Made by a program: the position numbers and the translations under genes
Shown: one piece after another, positions 26,832 to 36,218 of the stretch
Position numbering within the stretch: position 1 is the stretch's first letter
Layout of the letters: every line of letters starts with the position of its first letter
Notes under the pieces: generated by a model
Seen by the model: the letters and a program-made list of their open reading frames with translations, nothing else
Told to the model about the DNA's origin: nothing
Databases searched by the model: none
From: a virus
DNA length: 64,000 nt
IMG/VR virus record: IMGVR_UViG_3300020468_000003
Coordinates: 41,045-105,044 of that record
Direction: 5' to 3' (one strand)

Positions 26832-29800
26832 AAAATATCAGGAATAGTTCTGAATAATTCTTTTGAATTAGTATTAACTATCCTATTCTTTAGAACCATT
26901 TGATGTACTTCATCAGATCTTAAATAATCTGCAAGTTTATTACTCTCCTCCTCAGAAGATGTTTTTATGATAACTGTAGATCCACTAATAGAATGATCGT
27001 AAGGTTTGATACGGATCTGTCCAAAACCTTGTCCACCGTATTTACTATTCATTACAACTCCATGTTGATTAATACAACAAGTATGCTGAGACTTATCAAC
27101 ATTAGTAACTTGCATCTCTCCATTTTTACCACCCATTGTAGTTATCATAGGATACTCTCCCTCAATCAATTGATTTAAGTTCAAATCTCCACGTTGATAG
27201 CGATGTCCCATATTGTTAGAAACATCTGAAACAAAATCTGGATTAGTAAATCTAATACAAGTATCATCAGTAAGTTGAATATTCTTTACTGTACCATCAA
27301 GATAAGTTAATTTTGTTAGTCCAGTGTATCCACGTTTCCATGTACAAATACATGTCTCTGTCATTGATATAGATGGAAATGTATCAGGAGATAATGCTTC
27401 AATAGAAACAATACCTGGTGTTGAAAACAAAGTTCTTCTAAACTTTGATGTGGATTTAGCAAAGTGTTTTGATCGAATTACTTCTGATACATAATCAGAT
27501 CTTTTCATTGCACTTAGATAAAAATGTGTATCTAAAGTTTTTGCACATCCACCTGTGGTTGCACCTGTTACTGTAGATGTATCTGTATATGGTGGATTAC
27601 CAACTGTAGCACTAAACTGCATTTTGTAATTACTAAGGTTGTCGGTTACATTAATTTTAGCATTAATCTGCTTTATTGCATAGCGATGAGTAGGATCGTT
27701 TTCCCACACCACTATGTCATCGGGTTCCCAAGATTTATTCTCTATTGCATATAAAGAATGAAGTCCAGAGGGATCTCCATGTATATACAACTTTTCAGTT
27801 GTATCCTTTTTTAAAGGAATCATCCTATCAAGAATATCTAATGAAAGTGTCTTTTGATTCTTTCTTGTTGTTGCAAGTTTCTGTAAGGTTCCACATTCAT
27901 CTTTAGACATAGAATGTTCAATATCTATGATTCCTTGATTAATTCTATTGATCCAAGATTTAGGTATAATCTTTTGTTCTAAACAAGCTTTGATAATACC
28001 AGTAGTGTCTCCTGTGTCATGTTCATAATATTTTGAACTAAGAATACTATCTACACTTTTAGGTGTGGATTTATTCTTTATCATATGGAAGATAACTAAT
28101 CCTATTCTCTCCATGTATGCTTGAATAGTTTCTGTTTTCTGTGCTATCTCAGACTTATCAAAATGTGTAGAAAATTTAGATGAACTGGTAAGTTTCTTAT
28201 TACTGTTTGCGTTAGCATTGTTTTCATTTACTGTAAAAGAACTCCATGAAGATAACTTTGCACTCTTCTGAAAATTATCAAATTCAATGTCTCCTAACTT
28301 AAGAAAATCTAATTGAGATACAATACCTGATATCAAAGATACTGCACTGTCTACATCATTAGATAGAATTTCGTTTAGACGTTCTGGTGTTACTTCTTCA
28401 AAATCAGAGAAGTATTCAAAGATAGGAACTAAATCAAGAAGTTCATATTCAGATTCTGTTAACTCATGATTCAAATCACATGCAGTAAAATACATGTTTC
28501 TGATTGTAGTAAAACAACGTTCTGGGCAAAAATCAATTACATCCCAAAAGTTTCTCTTTGTTGATCCACCACGGAAAGCAAACTGTGTCCATTGTTCTCT
28601 TGATGATCCTTCTGCACAATTCATAACAGTATCAATACCCTCTGCAGTTAGACCAAGAACATTTGCAGTTTTAGTTAAGATAACTGTAGATGTGTTAGTA
28701 TCAATATGTGATCTGATTGTCTCAGAATTTTCTCTAGTATCTGAAGTTACAACTAATGGTTTAAATCTTGTTGATTTAAAATAATCTACAAGTGCATGAC
28801 ATGATGCCATAGAAGGCAAAGTTATCATTACATGTCTACAGTTCTTTAGTATTCTTTTGTTATACTTTATTCCATCTTGAGTAAACACTTTACTCATAAA
28901 TTCATCAACTAATATTGGTTCAGCAAAATCATCCTCATCTTTGTTTACTCTAAAAATATTACCCATTGCATCAGGATCATCGCCATATAAGTCTTGATAT
29001 TTACTGGACTCATACTTTGCAAGAATCAATCTCATCTGTGGAGAATTTACATACTCCTTTATACCTTGCAATTTATACAATTGCTCCTCAAAATATGAAT
29101 ATACAAATCTAAATTTAGGAAAATCTTCTAAGATTTTATGTGCAGTTCCTGAGACATACAATACTTTTGTATCGAAGTGATCTCTAAGACTTATCCATTG
29201 ATCTCCCTCATATCCAAGATGTGCTTCATCGAATACTATTAGATCAATATTACAAGGTAGATTCTTATATCTGTTAGGAGCTTGAATAGTAGAATATAGA
29301 ACTATTTGTTTTTCAGTTCCCATCCAATACTCTATCTCATTCTTAAACTGATCTACTTCACCATCACGAATATCAATGAATATAATATTATCAAAGTTTT
29401 TAAACTGTTGGGAATCATCTCTCCATGATTGTTTAGGAGAATTTCTATATGAAACAACTAAGGATACCTTAACATTACTCTCTACAATAGAGGAAAGAAC
29501 CATTGTAGATTTACCTGCACGACACTTAGCAAATAACAAATACTCTTTCCATTCATCCCATGTTGAAGTTATCTCAGATACAAATTCTTTTTGGTGTTTG
29601 CGAAGTTTACGATATTCTTTTTCCTCTACATTATTTGTAAAAAACTCTTCTTCAATAAGATCCTTTACAACATCAATACTTAAACCATGACCATCTTCAA
29701 TTTTATAAGTCTCTCTACCAGTTTGTGTAATACCACGTTGTTTTTTTAACCAACTATGTATCTCATGATCTCTACCATCAAAATCTGTCCACCATCCTCT

Positions 29801-29947
29801 CTTTATTCTTGCACTACCAACTGCTGCTAAATCTTGTTTTGACTTACCATAGTCTCCACCTTTATGTCTATCTTCATATGTGTGTATGGTTTCTCCTAAA
29901 CCGAAGGCAGACGGATTACCTTTAAACCCGTCAAGGTAAATGTTCAT
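26828..29947 (-). CDS. Multidomain GIY-YIG/T5orf172-like + SF2 helicase + N6-MTase catalytic/TRD protein
   Basis: AKCRAGKST (Walker A), FDEAH, SGTA, QFAFRGG; VGNPPY; N-terminal IY...GET..T.E.R...DHEIH..LK...GRE pattern. Confidence 0.8.
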   Translation of the reverse strand: MNIYLDGFKGNPSAFGLGETIHTYEDRHKGGDYGKSKQDLAAVGSARIKRGWWTDFDGRDHEIHSWLKKQRGITQTGRETYKIEDGHGLSIDVVKDLIEEEFFTNNVEEKEYRKLRKHQKEFVSEITSTWDEWKEYLLFAKCRAGKSTMVLSSIVESNVKVSLVVSYRNSPKQSWRDDSQQFKNFDNIIFIDIRDGEVDQFKNEIEYWMGTEKQIVLYSTIQAPNRYKNLPCNIDLIVFDEAHLGYEGDQWISLRDHFDTKVLYVSGTAHKILEDFPKFRFVYSYFEEQLYKLQGIKEYVNSPQMRLILAKYESSKYQDLYGDDPDAMGNIFRVNKDEDDFAEPILVDEFMSKVFTQDGIKYNKRILKNCRHVMITLPSMASCHALVDYFKSTRFKPLVVTSDTRENSETIRSHIDTNTSTVILTKTANVLGLTAEGIDTVMNCAEGSSREQWTQFAFRGGSTKRNFWDVIDFCPERCFTTIRNMYFTACDLNHELTESEYELLDLVPIFEYFSDFEEVTPERLNEILSNDVDSAVSLISGIVSQLDFLKLGDIEFDNFQKSAKLSSWSSFTVNENNANANSNKKLTSSSKFSTHFDKSEIAQKTETIQAYMERIGLVIFHMIKNKSTPKSVDSILSSKYYEHDTGDTTGIIKACLEQKIIPKSWINRINQGIIDIEHSMSKDECGTLQKLATTRKNQKTLSLDILDRMIPLKKDTTEKLYIHGDPSGLHSLYAIENKSWEPDDIVVWENDPTHRYAIKQINAKINVTDNLSNYKMQFSATVGNPPYTDTSTVTGATTGGCAKTLDTHFYLSAMKRSDYVSEVIRSKHFAKSTSKFRRTLFSTPGIVSIEALSPDTFPSISMTETCICTWKRGYTGLTKLTYLDGTVKNIQLTDDTCIRFTNPDFVSDVSNNMGHRYQRGDLNLNQLIEGEYPMITTMGGKNGEMQVTNVDKSQHTCCINQHGVVMNSKYGGQGFGQIRIKPYDHSISGSTVIIKTSSEEESNKLADYLRSDEVHQMVLKNRIVNTNSKELFRTIPDIL

Positions 29948-29971
29948 TTTCTCCGAATAAATTGGGTGCGA

Positions 29972-30049
29972 GAAACAAAAACTCGGACTTACAGGACGTA
30001 ATTTCTCTGCTGAACAAAGACAACCATAGATCCTTGCCTGTTTTGTTTC
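29972..30049 (-). ncRNA. Candidate structured 5' leader RNA (copy 2)
   Basis: Closing stem GAAACAAAA/TTTTGTTTC begins just after the predicted TSS; shares motifs with 14977-15095. Confidence 0.5.
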
Positions 30050-30058
30050 CCTGTATTA

Positions 30059-30113
30059 ATTATAGCATGAAAAAACCCCCTGTAAAGGGGGTTGTGACAG
30101 TTTCTAAACTGTT
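30059..30113 (-). promoter_or_regulatory. Early-promoter module driving the nuclease-helicase-MTase operon
   Basis: ATTATA-N28-TGTGACAGTTTCTAAACTGT with CCCCC/GGGGG terminator hairpin. Confidence 0.85.
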
Positions 30114-30412
30114 TTTCTTTTTCTCATCCTAGTGGTCATTTCAGTGTATTCTACAGGTGCCCACTCAACTTCCTTGGGTTTTGTTTTTCTTAGATTAGCA
30201 GTCTCTTTTTTAACAAAGGTAGAAGATTCTTCTTTAGTATTCTTTGCAAGAGATTGTCCAGAATTTAATTCCTTTGCAACTTCTGGTTCATCAAATTGTT
30301 TCAAATAACTTTTTCTGCTAAAAAGTTTTTTGGATTCTACAGCATCTTCAGAAGTTATTGGTTCATCAGTCATCGTATACTCGACATTCAAATGCGTCTG
30401 GATGATTATCAC
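30104..30412 (-). CDS. Hypothetical protein (true start probably MTDEP)
   Basis: ORF coupled to cp12; stop inside the palindrome. Confidence 0.6.
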   Translation of the reverse strand: MIIIQTHLNVEYTMTDEPITSEDAVESKKLFSRKSYLKQFDEPEVAKELNSGQSLAKNTKEESSTFVKKETANLRKTKPKEVEWAPVEYTEMTTRMRKRKTV

Positions 30413-30632
30413 AATAGATTTCTAAATGCTTATCTTCATGTCTAGTGTGCCAATCATTTATTTTACCCTCATTAGGGTCTACTACATCATCTTTATGTGA
30501 ATCTTCATAATTAGCATGAACTTCTTCAAGTTCAGACTTTTTATACTCTAATATACCATGATTAGTATGTTCTTTACCATCTTTAGGATCAAGATAAACT
30601 TCATGATTTAAATCGTGTTTAATAGTAGTCAT
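30366..30632 (-). CDS. cp12: CP12 Calvin-cycle inhibitor (auxiliary metabolic gene)
   Basis: C-terminal LEIYCDNHPDAFECRVYDD CP12 signature; late promoter TATAAATA at 30660-30667. Confidence 0.92.
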   Translation of the reverse strand: MTTIKHDLNHEVYLDPKDGKEHTNHGILEYKKSELEEVHANYEDSHKDDVVDPNEGKINDWHTRHEDKHLEIYCDNHPDAFECRVYDD

Positions 30633-30675
30633 AGTTAATTGATTAAACTCCTACATTACTATTTATAATTTAGCA

Positions 30676-30894
30676 CTATCTTTCCATCTCTGCAAGTTCT
30701 AATGTTTCTTTACCAACAAACATACCTTTTAAATCATAATACAACTTATGGTTCTCTGTGTTAACATAGTGTCCTGTTATATTGGCACCATCACATGAGT
30801 ACCCATATCCTATAACTTTTTCTGGGACACCATTAATACGAAATTTTTTTTCTGAATGCAGGTAAGTTCCATAGACTTGATCTAAATTAAACAT
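30676..30894 (-). CDS. Conserved cyanophage hypothetical protein
   Basis: 72-aa ORF. Confidence 0.7.
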   Translation of the reverse strand: MFNLDQVYGTYLHSEKKFRINGVPEKVIGYGYSCDGANITGHYVNTENHKLYYDLKGMFVGKETLELAEMER

Positions 30895-30969
30895 TGGTAT
30901 CTTTTGAATGTTAGGATATTATAACATAGTATCTATGACATTCAATATTTCTTTACATTTACTACAGAT

Positions 30970-31203
30970 TTATATGTTGTCTTTGTTAAAAAATGTTCCA
31001 AACATACCACTGTCTCCATCCTCTCTATTTTCTATCTTATCAATAACTTCACTGGCATCTATGATATTTTCAATATTCGCCATCATATCTGCAATATGTT
31101 TGCTAACAAATGGTTTCTCTTGTCTTGCTGAAAATGCAAGTGCATTTCTTAAATTCTCTTGTGCGTCTCTCAACGATGTTTTAACTGTGTCTGATAATGC
31201 CAA
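30970..31203 (-). CDS. Conserved cyanophage hypothetical protein
   Basis: MALS..V..SL.DA..NLRNALAFSARQEKP. Confidence 0.75.
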   Translation of the reverse strand: MALSDTVKTSLRDAQENLRNALAFSARQEKPFVSKHIADMMANIENIIDASEVIDKIENREDGDSGMFGTFFNKDNI

Positions 31204-31485
31204 TGTTAATACCTCCTAGGGTGTGTATTCGTAACCATACTTTTGAAGATATTCTTCAAATAATTCGTCTGGGACTCTACCTTCCCAATAATCTTTTTCT
31301 GTATAAGTTTTTTTTAACTTATGTTCAGTTTTAGGTTCATTGCTGATCCATTCTGACTGCTTGCTCAAAAACATTCTGTAATTCTTTTGATGTTAAATTA
31401 TTTAACCAACTCCAATCTGGGTCTTTTTTGTCCCATTCTGCAGTAAAAGAACCATCATCATTTCTGTTAATTTTTAGAGAGTTGT

Positions 31486-32169
31486 TCATCTTGGCATACG
31501 ATCAAATATTGATGCCAAAATAATTTGGAAAAATGATTTTGCTGCGTTGCCTTTTAACTCATCAAACATATACATGTTCAATCTGAATGCGTAATTTGCT
31601 TCTGTAATTATAGCATTCTTTTCTGATACTGTCAGTGGTAATTCATCTAATGCACTACGATATTTTTCTTTATATGCTTTAGCATCATCAATATTTTCAA
31701 ACTCATAAAAGTCTAAACCAGCTTTCTCTAAGTTCATTGCTTTCTTTGCAATGTTTTTTAATATTTGTCCTCCTGACAAATCTCCCAAGTATCGTGTATA
31801 ATGATGACCAACTAATAATTCTGGTTCATCTTCAGCAACTTCACGAATACGATTAACATATTGTTTACATGCTTGACTTGGTTCTATTTTAGTTCTCCAA
31901 TCAAGACCATAGTAATATAGTAAATCTTTTTCTAATGCTATCAATCTTTCTAATTCTGGAAAATATAAACTACCAACTATAGGGTGTGTTCTTAACCCAT
32001 ATACTTCCTCCTCTAATGCCTTATAAACGAAGTAGAGATCCGATACTAAGCATTTGTAATTGTCTGGACTTACAACTCCACGTAAAAATGATTTGACAAA
32101 AGCAGTGTTCTCTGCTGCTGTATGTGATTTCTTTGTTCCTACTTTTAATTCCTTTGCAAAATTAGTCAT
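31486..32169 (-). CDS. ho1: Heme oxygenase (auxiliary metabolic gene)
   Basis: GTKKSHTAAENT.F, HHYTRYLGDLSGGQIL, EANYAFRLNM. Confidence 0.97.
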   Translation of the reverse strand: MTNFAKELKVGTKKSHTAAENTAFVKSFLRGVVSPDNYKCLVSDLYFVYKALEEEVYGLRTHPIVGSLYFPELERLIALEKDLLYYYGLDWRTKIEPSQACKQYVNRIREVAEDEPELLVGHHYTRYLGDLSGGQILKNIAKKAMNLEKAGLDFYEFENIDDAKAYKEKYRSALDELPLTVSEKNAIITEANYAFRLNMYMFDELKGNAAKSFFQIILASIFDRMPR

Positions 32170-32314
32170 TTGATTCTTTTTTAAGTTCTTTTCGGATCAT
32201 TTTTGCGTACAAAACATCTTCTTTTGAATACAATTTACGATTCCTTTTTGCGATCTTAATGATCCTTTTAGCTGCTTTTTTATTCTCCATATTGGTATAT
32301 AATGTGTGTGTTAA

Positions 32315-32662
32315 TTAAGTATTTATACCATTTTGCCTTATTGATCCCGAAACTGAGAAACTTTCAGATGCCCTTTTTACCCTAAATTTAGGATTTAACT
32401 TAATTAATTCTTCATGTTCCACTATCTTACCTTTAACCCATATCATATCATCTTGTATCTTATCTACCTTCTGATTTATGGACTGAATTAACTCCTCTAC
32501 CATATACATTTCTTCTGTCATCGGATCTTTAATCCTTACTTCAAACCTTTCTTCTGGTGTCAATCTGTTTCTATATGGATACAACAAATCAGCAATCTCA
32601 TCTGCTATCGACCATACGAATTCTCTAATTTTAAATAGGAGTTTATTCATAATCTCCTGCAA
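32315..32662 (-). CDS. Hypothetical coiled-coil protein
   Basis: 115-aa ORF in operon. Confidence 0.6.
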   Translation of the reverse strand: MQEIMNKLLFKIREFVWSIADEIADLLYPYRNRLTPEERFEVRIKDPMTEEMYMVEELIQSINQKVDKIQDDMIWVKGKIVEHEELIKLNPKFRVKRASESFSVSGSIRQNGINT

Positions 32663-32852
32663 ATCCTACTGAGAAACTACTCTTACTACTCTTCTGAGAA
32701 TCAACCTCATTACAAATAGTATTAACAACTCTTATGATATCTTCAGTATCTCCTTCCATATTCTGTTTGACATAGTCATACTTTAAAAAGAAATCATCAG
32801 CAACACTTTTAAACTCTTCTTGAGTTATGTTGTTCTTCATAGTTTGATCCAC
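32643..32852 (-). CDS. Hypothetical protein
   Basis: 69-aa ORF in operon. Confidence 0.6.
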   Translation of the reverse strand: MDQTMKNNITQEEFKSVADDFFLKYDYVKQNMEGDTEDIIRVVNTICNEVDSQKSSKSSFSVGFAGDYE

Positions 32853-33859
32853 CGTTTGTTGTTAAGTGTCCAGTTAGTAACCTCTGCTATGCGTTCACGA
32901 ACAGACTTAGCAGGTGTCCAACCGAGTTCTCTCATCTTACCACCATCTAATGCATATCGCAAGTCATGTCCTGGTCTGGAAGAATGGAAATCAACTAACT
33001 CATACTTTAATTCTTTACCTTGAGCATCAGCAATAATCTGTGCCAATTCAAGATTATTGAGTTCTTCTGATCCCACAATATTAAACTTAGGGCATTTTGC
33101 ATTTCCCCATGTAGGTTCAAATGCTCCCTTATATTGTAATAAGAAGTAAACTGCTGATGAAACATCTTCAGCATGTATATAATGTCTTGAGCCAGGAATT
33201 GTTCTGGTATGATCGCTATGAATTGTAACTACCTCCCCATCTCTTGCTTTCTTTATACACATGGGTATAAACTTCTCTGGGTGCTGTCTCTCTCCAAACA
33301 CATTCATAGTATGTGTAATGTATATTGGAAGTTTATATGTATTCTCATATGCTACTGCTAACTCTTCTGCACCTGCCTTAGTCGCACTGTATGGATTAGT
33401 AGAGTTATATCTATCATTCTCCTTATACTTGATACCATCAGGTGCAGGACCAAACACTTCATCTGTGCTAAAATAAACAAATCTTTCAAGATTGTCTTGC
33501 TTTCTTGCAAACTCTAAGATATTAGCAGTTCCCACAACATTATCCATGATAAACTCCATAGGATAATCTATACTACGATCTACATGAGATCCTGCTGCTA
33601 AATGTAGAATATAATCTACCTGTCCTACTTCGCTACAAACTAAAGGATTAAGTTCTGCCTTTAGATCATGATGTACGATCTTTACACGTTTTCTAACTTC
33701 TGGATCAAAAGATAACATAATGTCATGCAGACGATTAAGATTACCACTATAATCTAATCTATCAAGGGTAATGATCTCCCAATCAGTATGTTTTAGTAAA
33801 TAACTGATTGTGTGGTGTGCAATAAAACCTGCTCCACCTGTAATAAGTGCTTTTGTCAT
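32837..33859 (-). CDS. rfbB: dTDP-glucose 4,6-dehydratase (NAD-dependent epimerase/dehydratase)
   Basis: ITGGAGFI, HLAAGSHVDRSI, STDEVFG, PYSATKA, QHPEKFIP, RPGHDLRYA. Confidence 0.93.
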   Translation of the reverse strand: MTKALITGGAGFIAHHTISYLLKHTDWEIITLDRLDYSGNLNRLHDIMLSFDPEVRKRVKIVHHDLKAELNPLVCSEVGQVDYILHLAAGSHVDRSIDYPMEFIMDNVVGTANILEFARKQDNLERFVYFSTDEVFGPAPDGIKYKENDRYNSTNPYSATKAGAEELAVAYENTYKLPIYITHTMNVFGERQHPEKFIPMCIKKARDGEVVTIHSDHTRTIPGSRHYIHAEDVSSAVYFLLQYKGAFEPTWGNAKCPKFNIVGSEELNNLELAQIIADAQGKELKYELVDFHSSRPGHDLRYALDGGKMRELGWTPAKSVRERIAEVTNWTLNNKRWIKL

Positions 33860-33861
33860 AA

Positions 33862-34518
33862 TTAAATAAAACCTTTGGCCAATGCTTTTTCGTGTATAAA
33901 GAATACTATAGTTAGTCTATCAGTTTTTGGACTATTTCCAAAACATCCAGTTAGAGCATGGATGTTATATCCATCGTAAGCTATCAATCTATTATACACG
34001 TTTTCTACGTTTGTGAACAGAGTGTTACGACTATCCAGAATTGATGTTCCTGTATTAGGTGGGGGATCTGGATTTAAAAATATTACCCCTGCACATGATA
34101 AAGAATCTCTATGAAATCTATCTGTATGAAAATCATTTAACATATCAACTGTATTAGCAGGACTCCTATGAAAATAAGTTGTGATCATGGGATCTACCAT
34201 AGGTTTATTTGCTACAAGTATCTCCTCCCCATAGAATTCAGAAAGATCTTTTCCCATGTACTCATCCTCATAATGTGGATATTTCCAATCTTTAAGATTT
34301 CTCTCTTCCCATACAAAATTAAATATATCTTTCTCTATCTGTAATAATTCTTCGTTACTTCCATAACCTATTTTCTTAAACTTCTCAGATCTTATTCCTC
34401 TCCATCCTGGTCCTGAATCAGGTCTATCAGAAATTCTCCATGACCTATTTCTAAAACCAAGTTCTCTTACGTGTTCAACGTCTGAAAAATAATTATCTTT
34501 TATTGTGATGTCAAGCAT
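33862..34518 (-). CDS. 2OG-Fe(II) oxygenase-like protein
   Basis: WRGIRS, FHRD...AGVIFL.P.P..NTGT, YNRLIAYD...IH, RLTIVFF. Confidence 0.8.
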   Translation of the reverse strand: MLDITIKDNYFSDVEHVRELGFRNRSWRISDRPDSGPGWRGIRSEKFKKIGYGSNEELLQIEKDIFNFVWEERNLKDWKYPHYEDEYMGKDLSEFYGEEILVANKPMVDPMITTYFHRSPANTVDMLNDFHTDRFHRDSLSCAGVIFLNPDPPPNTGTSILDSRNTLFTNVENVYNRLIAYDGYNIHALTGCFGNSPKTDRLTIVFFIHEKALAKGFI

Positions 34519-35026
34519 TTAATCTATCAAATTCAAAAGGTCCATAATCAGATCCCCAAACTTTCTCATTTGTAGTTTTGGAGTATCCAATATCAATTGT
34601 AGTGTATGTAGTGGTTGTGATTTGAACTCTACTCTGAACGTAAGAATCCCTTACTATGCAATCACATCCATACAAACCACCAGAATATGTATTATAATCT
34701 ATTTGGGAGAATAATAAATCACAACCATTGTTATGATGTAAATCATTTGTAGTAATCGTATCCAGATTTTTAAATCCAGTAAATCTGTTTTTTTCTTTGA
34801 TATCATAGTTTTTTACTTTCATTAGTTCCCCATCCATCACAGGTTCAATGATAAATTGTCGGTATGGTCTATCCTCATCATATGTATATGCTTGTTCTCC
34901 ATATATCAAATTGTTACCAATATCTTTATGTATCAATCTGATATGAGCATAGAATGTAGGATTTTGATATGCCTGTCTTCTATTATCAAATGTACCTATC
35001 AGTAACTCTTTGAGTCTTTCGATCAT
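34511..35026 (-). CDS. cpeT: T-type phycobiliprotein lyase CpeT (auxiliary metabolic gene)
   Basis: G.FDN..QA..NP..YAHI.L, EQAY.....PYRQ, GCD, VWGS..GPFEF. Confidence 0.93.
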   Translation of the reverse strand: MIERLKELLIGTFDNRRQAYQNPTFYAHIRLIHKDIGNNLIYGEQAYTYDEDRPYRQFIIEPVMDGELMKVKNYDIKEKNRFTGFKNLDTITTNDLHHNNGCDLLFSQIDYNTYSGGLYGCDCIVRDSYVQSRVQITTTTYTTIDIGYSKTTNEKVWGSDYGPFEFDRLNA

Positions 35027-35204
35027 ACTGAGTACTTTTCTCTCATTGCTAATAATGTTTCATAGGGAATCCATGCAGGATTCTCTTCTGCGAATTGAAC
35101 TTCAACCTCAGTAAATATTTTTTGATAGTATCTACTGTAAGTTTCTCTAGTGTTTAAAACATTACAGAAAGGACTCATCATTTTGCACCATGCATACTGT
35201 TGAC

Positions 35205-35239
35205 ATTATAAAACCCTTAACTAAAAAAGTCAAGGGTTT
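35205..35239 (-). promoter_or_regulatory. Sigma70 promoter overlapped by a terminator hairpin
   Basis: Minus strand TTGACT-N17-TATAAT; inverted repeat AAACCCTTGACT/AGTTAAGGGTTT. Confidence 0.7.
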
Positions 35240-35319
35240 ATACTTTAATTGCAATTTTTATTTAAGGTGGATGCTGATATTTTATCATTTGACTGCTTTA
35301 GATAAATGTTTACGTTGAG

Positions 35320-35463
35320 TTAGAAAACCTCCCTACATACACGTTTACAAACATGGTCTTTGTCATCGCAGTCAATTAAGCATTCGTAGTATTCTGTGAT
35401 TAAATCCTCATGGGGGTCTTGATGTTCTCCCGCCAATTGATTAAAAGGAATTAAGTTATGCAT
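35320..35463 (-). CDS. Small Cys-rich protein (47 aa)
   Basis: Hand translation MHNLIPFNQLAGEHQDPHEDLITEYYECLIDCDDKDHVCKRVCREVF; GGAG RBS; late promoter CTAAATA at 35537-35543. Confidence 0.75.
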   Translation of the reverse strand: MHNLIPFNQLAGEHQDPHEDLITEYYECLIDCDDKDHVCKRVCREVF

Positions 35464-35588
35464 TAATTGTCTCCAAATATAGTGTGATAATAAAAAAAAG
35501 ATTTCAGATCATCTGTTTCAACCCTAATTCTACTACTATTTAGTTAGGAGATCAACACAAAATCATTTTTGTTAACAAAAAGAAATGC

Positions 35589-35936
35589 CTACGTGATTGT
35601 ACCTACTCGCCCATAATCATCCATTAATCTTACAATATCATCCTCTCTACACTCTCCAGTTTGAGTCTCAACTATAGTCATTCCATCATCCCCTGCCTTC
35701 GCTCTATGTGGAGATGTTTCACAAATTACATATATGTCTTCTGGTTTAGCATTGTATTCGCTACCATCTGCAATAACTATTCCACTCCCCTCTGTAACAA
35801 CCCAGAACTCTTTTCTGTGGTTATGATATTGATAGGAAAAAGAACAGTTAGGATTAAGATGTAATCTTTTTACTTTATAATTTGGTTCATCCAATAAAAC
35901 TTCATAATGTCCCCATGGTTTAGTCACTCTCTCCAT
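35589..35936 (-). CDS. Cupin, mannose-6-phosphate isomerase type II C-terminal-like
   Basis: KPWG.YEVL, SYQYHNHRKEFW.V..G.G, E.DIVRL.DDYGR. Confidence 0.88.
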   Translation of the reverse strand: MERVTKPWGHYEVLLDEPNYKVKRLHLNPNCSFSYQYHNHRKEFWVVTEGSGIVIADGSEYNAKPEDIYVICETSPHRAKAGDDGMTIVETQTGECREDDIVRLMDDYGRVGTIT

Positions 35937-35939
35937 AAA

Positions 35940-36218
35940 TTATCTCCACTTTGATAGTGATTTAGTTTCTACTAATTTTTCAGTTTCAATTATATCACTT
36001 TCATCTGCATTTGTGTGATGTGTTACTTCTTTTAAAGTTTTAACATAATCTATAACATGTTGTCTGATCTCCATAAGTTCATCATAACAACCTTGATTAT
36101 GTGCACAACCACGCAAATTATGATCTGGTTTCCAAAGAGATTCGGTAAAGAGATCTAATGCTCTTTGATATTTTACAGCAGGTGTTTCACCCTTATCTAT
36201 TGAGTTTTGGTCGTGCAT
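35940..36218 (-). CDS. Conserved cyanophage hypothetical protein
   Basis: RALDLF.ES..KPDH.LRGCAHNQ.CY.ELM. Confidence 0.75.
   Translation of the reverse strand: MHDQNSIDKGETPAVKYQRALDLFTESLWKPDHNLRGCAHNQGCYDELMEIRQHVIDYVKTLKEVTHHTNADESDIIETEKLVETKSLSKWR

Noticed and set aside
26427-29947. Split MTase as a frameshift or assembly artefact
   Set aside because: The motif X-I-II-III gene lies downstream of the NPPY gene, the reverse of gamma-class order, and the large ORF keeps its own degenerate copy, so a simple frameshift does not explain it.
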